64,000 nt of DNA from Chrysomallon squamiferum (lineage: Eukaryota > Animalia > Mollusca): assembly GCA_012295275.1 (NCBI GenBank), contig CM022676.1, positions 3,410,001 to 3,474,000 of the forward strand. Reading direction: 5' to 3'. Under the pieces are notes generated by a model. The model had not been told where the DNA came from. It ran no database searches and saw only the letters and a program-made list of their open reading frames with translations. Made by a program: the position numbers and the translations under genes. Shown here piece after piece: positions 62,497 through 64,000 of the stretch; the stretch's first letter is position 1, and each line of letters opens with the position of its first letter.

Positions 62497-63009
62497 CCAG
62501 CCTGCTTCGCTCTTGAACCGAACACACGACACAACTATAATGAAACACATCGAAACGTAAAAAAATAATACCACTTTTGTAAATACATATTCAGATATGT
62601 AGATATTGCTGATATACAGCGCGACAGAGTTAATACTTATTTAATTACACCACGTAACATATTGATTTACTTTTCTCTACCGTCACCTGTGTTTCTGTTA
62701 ACAGCCTCGTAGCGCTGGCTTGCAGTCGGGGCCGACGCCATATTGTTTTTCACGGACCACACCCTATAGTACCCCACCCCACCCCTTGGGTGCGTCCTAG
62801 ATGGCCTAACGGTAGCACCGGCCCTGATTACAGTTTTAAGAGGAATCTCGCGGTTTGCTTATGTTAGCGTTCAGAGATCGTTTGTAACAGTACGCTTCTC
62901 TCGTAAAGACGAAATGTCATATTTGATAATCGGTGGAAGGTGGAACGGGAAATAACTGAAGGGATTAAGTAGGCAGCTATAGCATCTTGGGCAAAATGCT
63001 GGTTATGAG

Positions 63010-63086
<77 letters not shown>

Positions 63087-63321
63087 CAATGTAACTGTAA
63101 ATATTTTATGTATAAGAGAAGACGGATAGAGAGAAGGTGAGATACAGTAAGTAATAAGAGAAAGAAAGGGATAGAAATACAAGAAGGAATGATAGAGAAA
63201 AGACAGAAGAATAGATTGAAAGAAAAACAAAATAAAAGAGAAAGTGAGTGGGAGTGAAAAAAAATGAGAGATACGAGAGAGAGAAAGAGAGATAGAAAGA
63301 GAGAGAGAGGGGAGAGAGAGA

Positions 63322-63376
<55 letters not shown>

Positions 63377-64000
63377 ACGGATAAATGTTTTTGTAAGAAG
63401 TTAATAACGACGACTGATAACACCAACCACTGCAACAGCAGTTATAATAACGCAGACGACAACATCTGTCACATTAAAAACAGACAACTGGATTAGCGTG
63501 AGCTTTTTCACGTTATCAATGTCATTGTCGTTGCAGTCATTAACCACGTCGTTGTCAACAAAGCAACGTGACAATCAACGTCCACTGAATTACGTAATTC
63601 AGTCTGAAGAGACAGAAGTTACAGAAAAAAGAAAAGAAGACAAAGAAAGAAAGAAGAAGAAAAAAGAAGAAAAAAAGATTAATGATAAAATTTGTAGGTG
63701 AATGACTGATGCTAGACAGTTTTCTGTCTTTCTTTCTTTTTTTTTTTTTTTGAAGATGAAAAAGAACAAACAAAAAATAACAATGCACCGAAAGAAAGGA
63801 GAAAAAAAAAAAAAAAAAAAAAAAAACAAACAACAAAGACAGGATATCAAATGGAGAAACTAAGCATGGGAGAAAATAATGAACAAAAGAAACGAAAAGA
63901 ATGAAAAAAACAAAAAAATAACAAACAAGAAAGAACCAAAAAGACAGAAGCAAAAGATAAAATGACAAAATTAAAGAAGGCAGGAATAAGGAATAAAAAA

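Overview
Eukaryotic (invertebrate, probably lophotrochozoan/mollusc-like; not identifiable from sequence alone) AT-rich, microsatellite-dense genomic DNA. Nearly all ORFs in the supplied track are artefacts of simple repeats. Two spliced protein-coding genes can be rebuilt by hand with GT-AG junctions and consistent phases. PEX19 lies on + (8 coding exons, 15472-22787, 320 aa, ends in CaaX motif CAIM). A salt-inducible kinase of the SIK1/SIK2 type lies on - (ATG 47361, eight short exons plus a large GC-rich terminal region ending near 29408), convergent with PEX19. The most unusual structures are: tandem arrays that copy the SIK splice junctions themselves (12 extra copies of the exon-6 donor, 3 extra copies of the exon-4 acceptor); two reading-frame breaks in the SIK terminal region, each a TGA inside a GTGAGT donor; a CRE-rich regulatory landscape upstream of SIK with a repeated double-CRE spacing; a 44-bp hairpin whose only mismatches are G-U pairs between the two genes; and a decayed ~2.5-3 kb tandem duplication of a promoter-like module at 5-10 kb. 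No prokaryotic-type system (CRISPR, operon, IS) is present.
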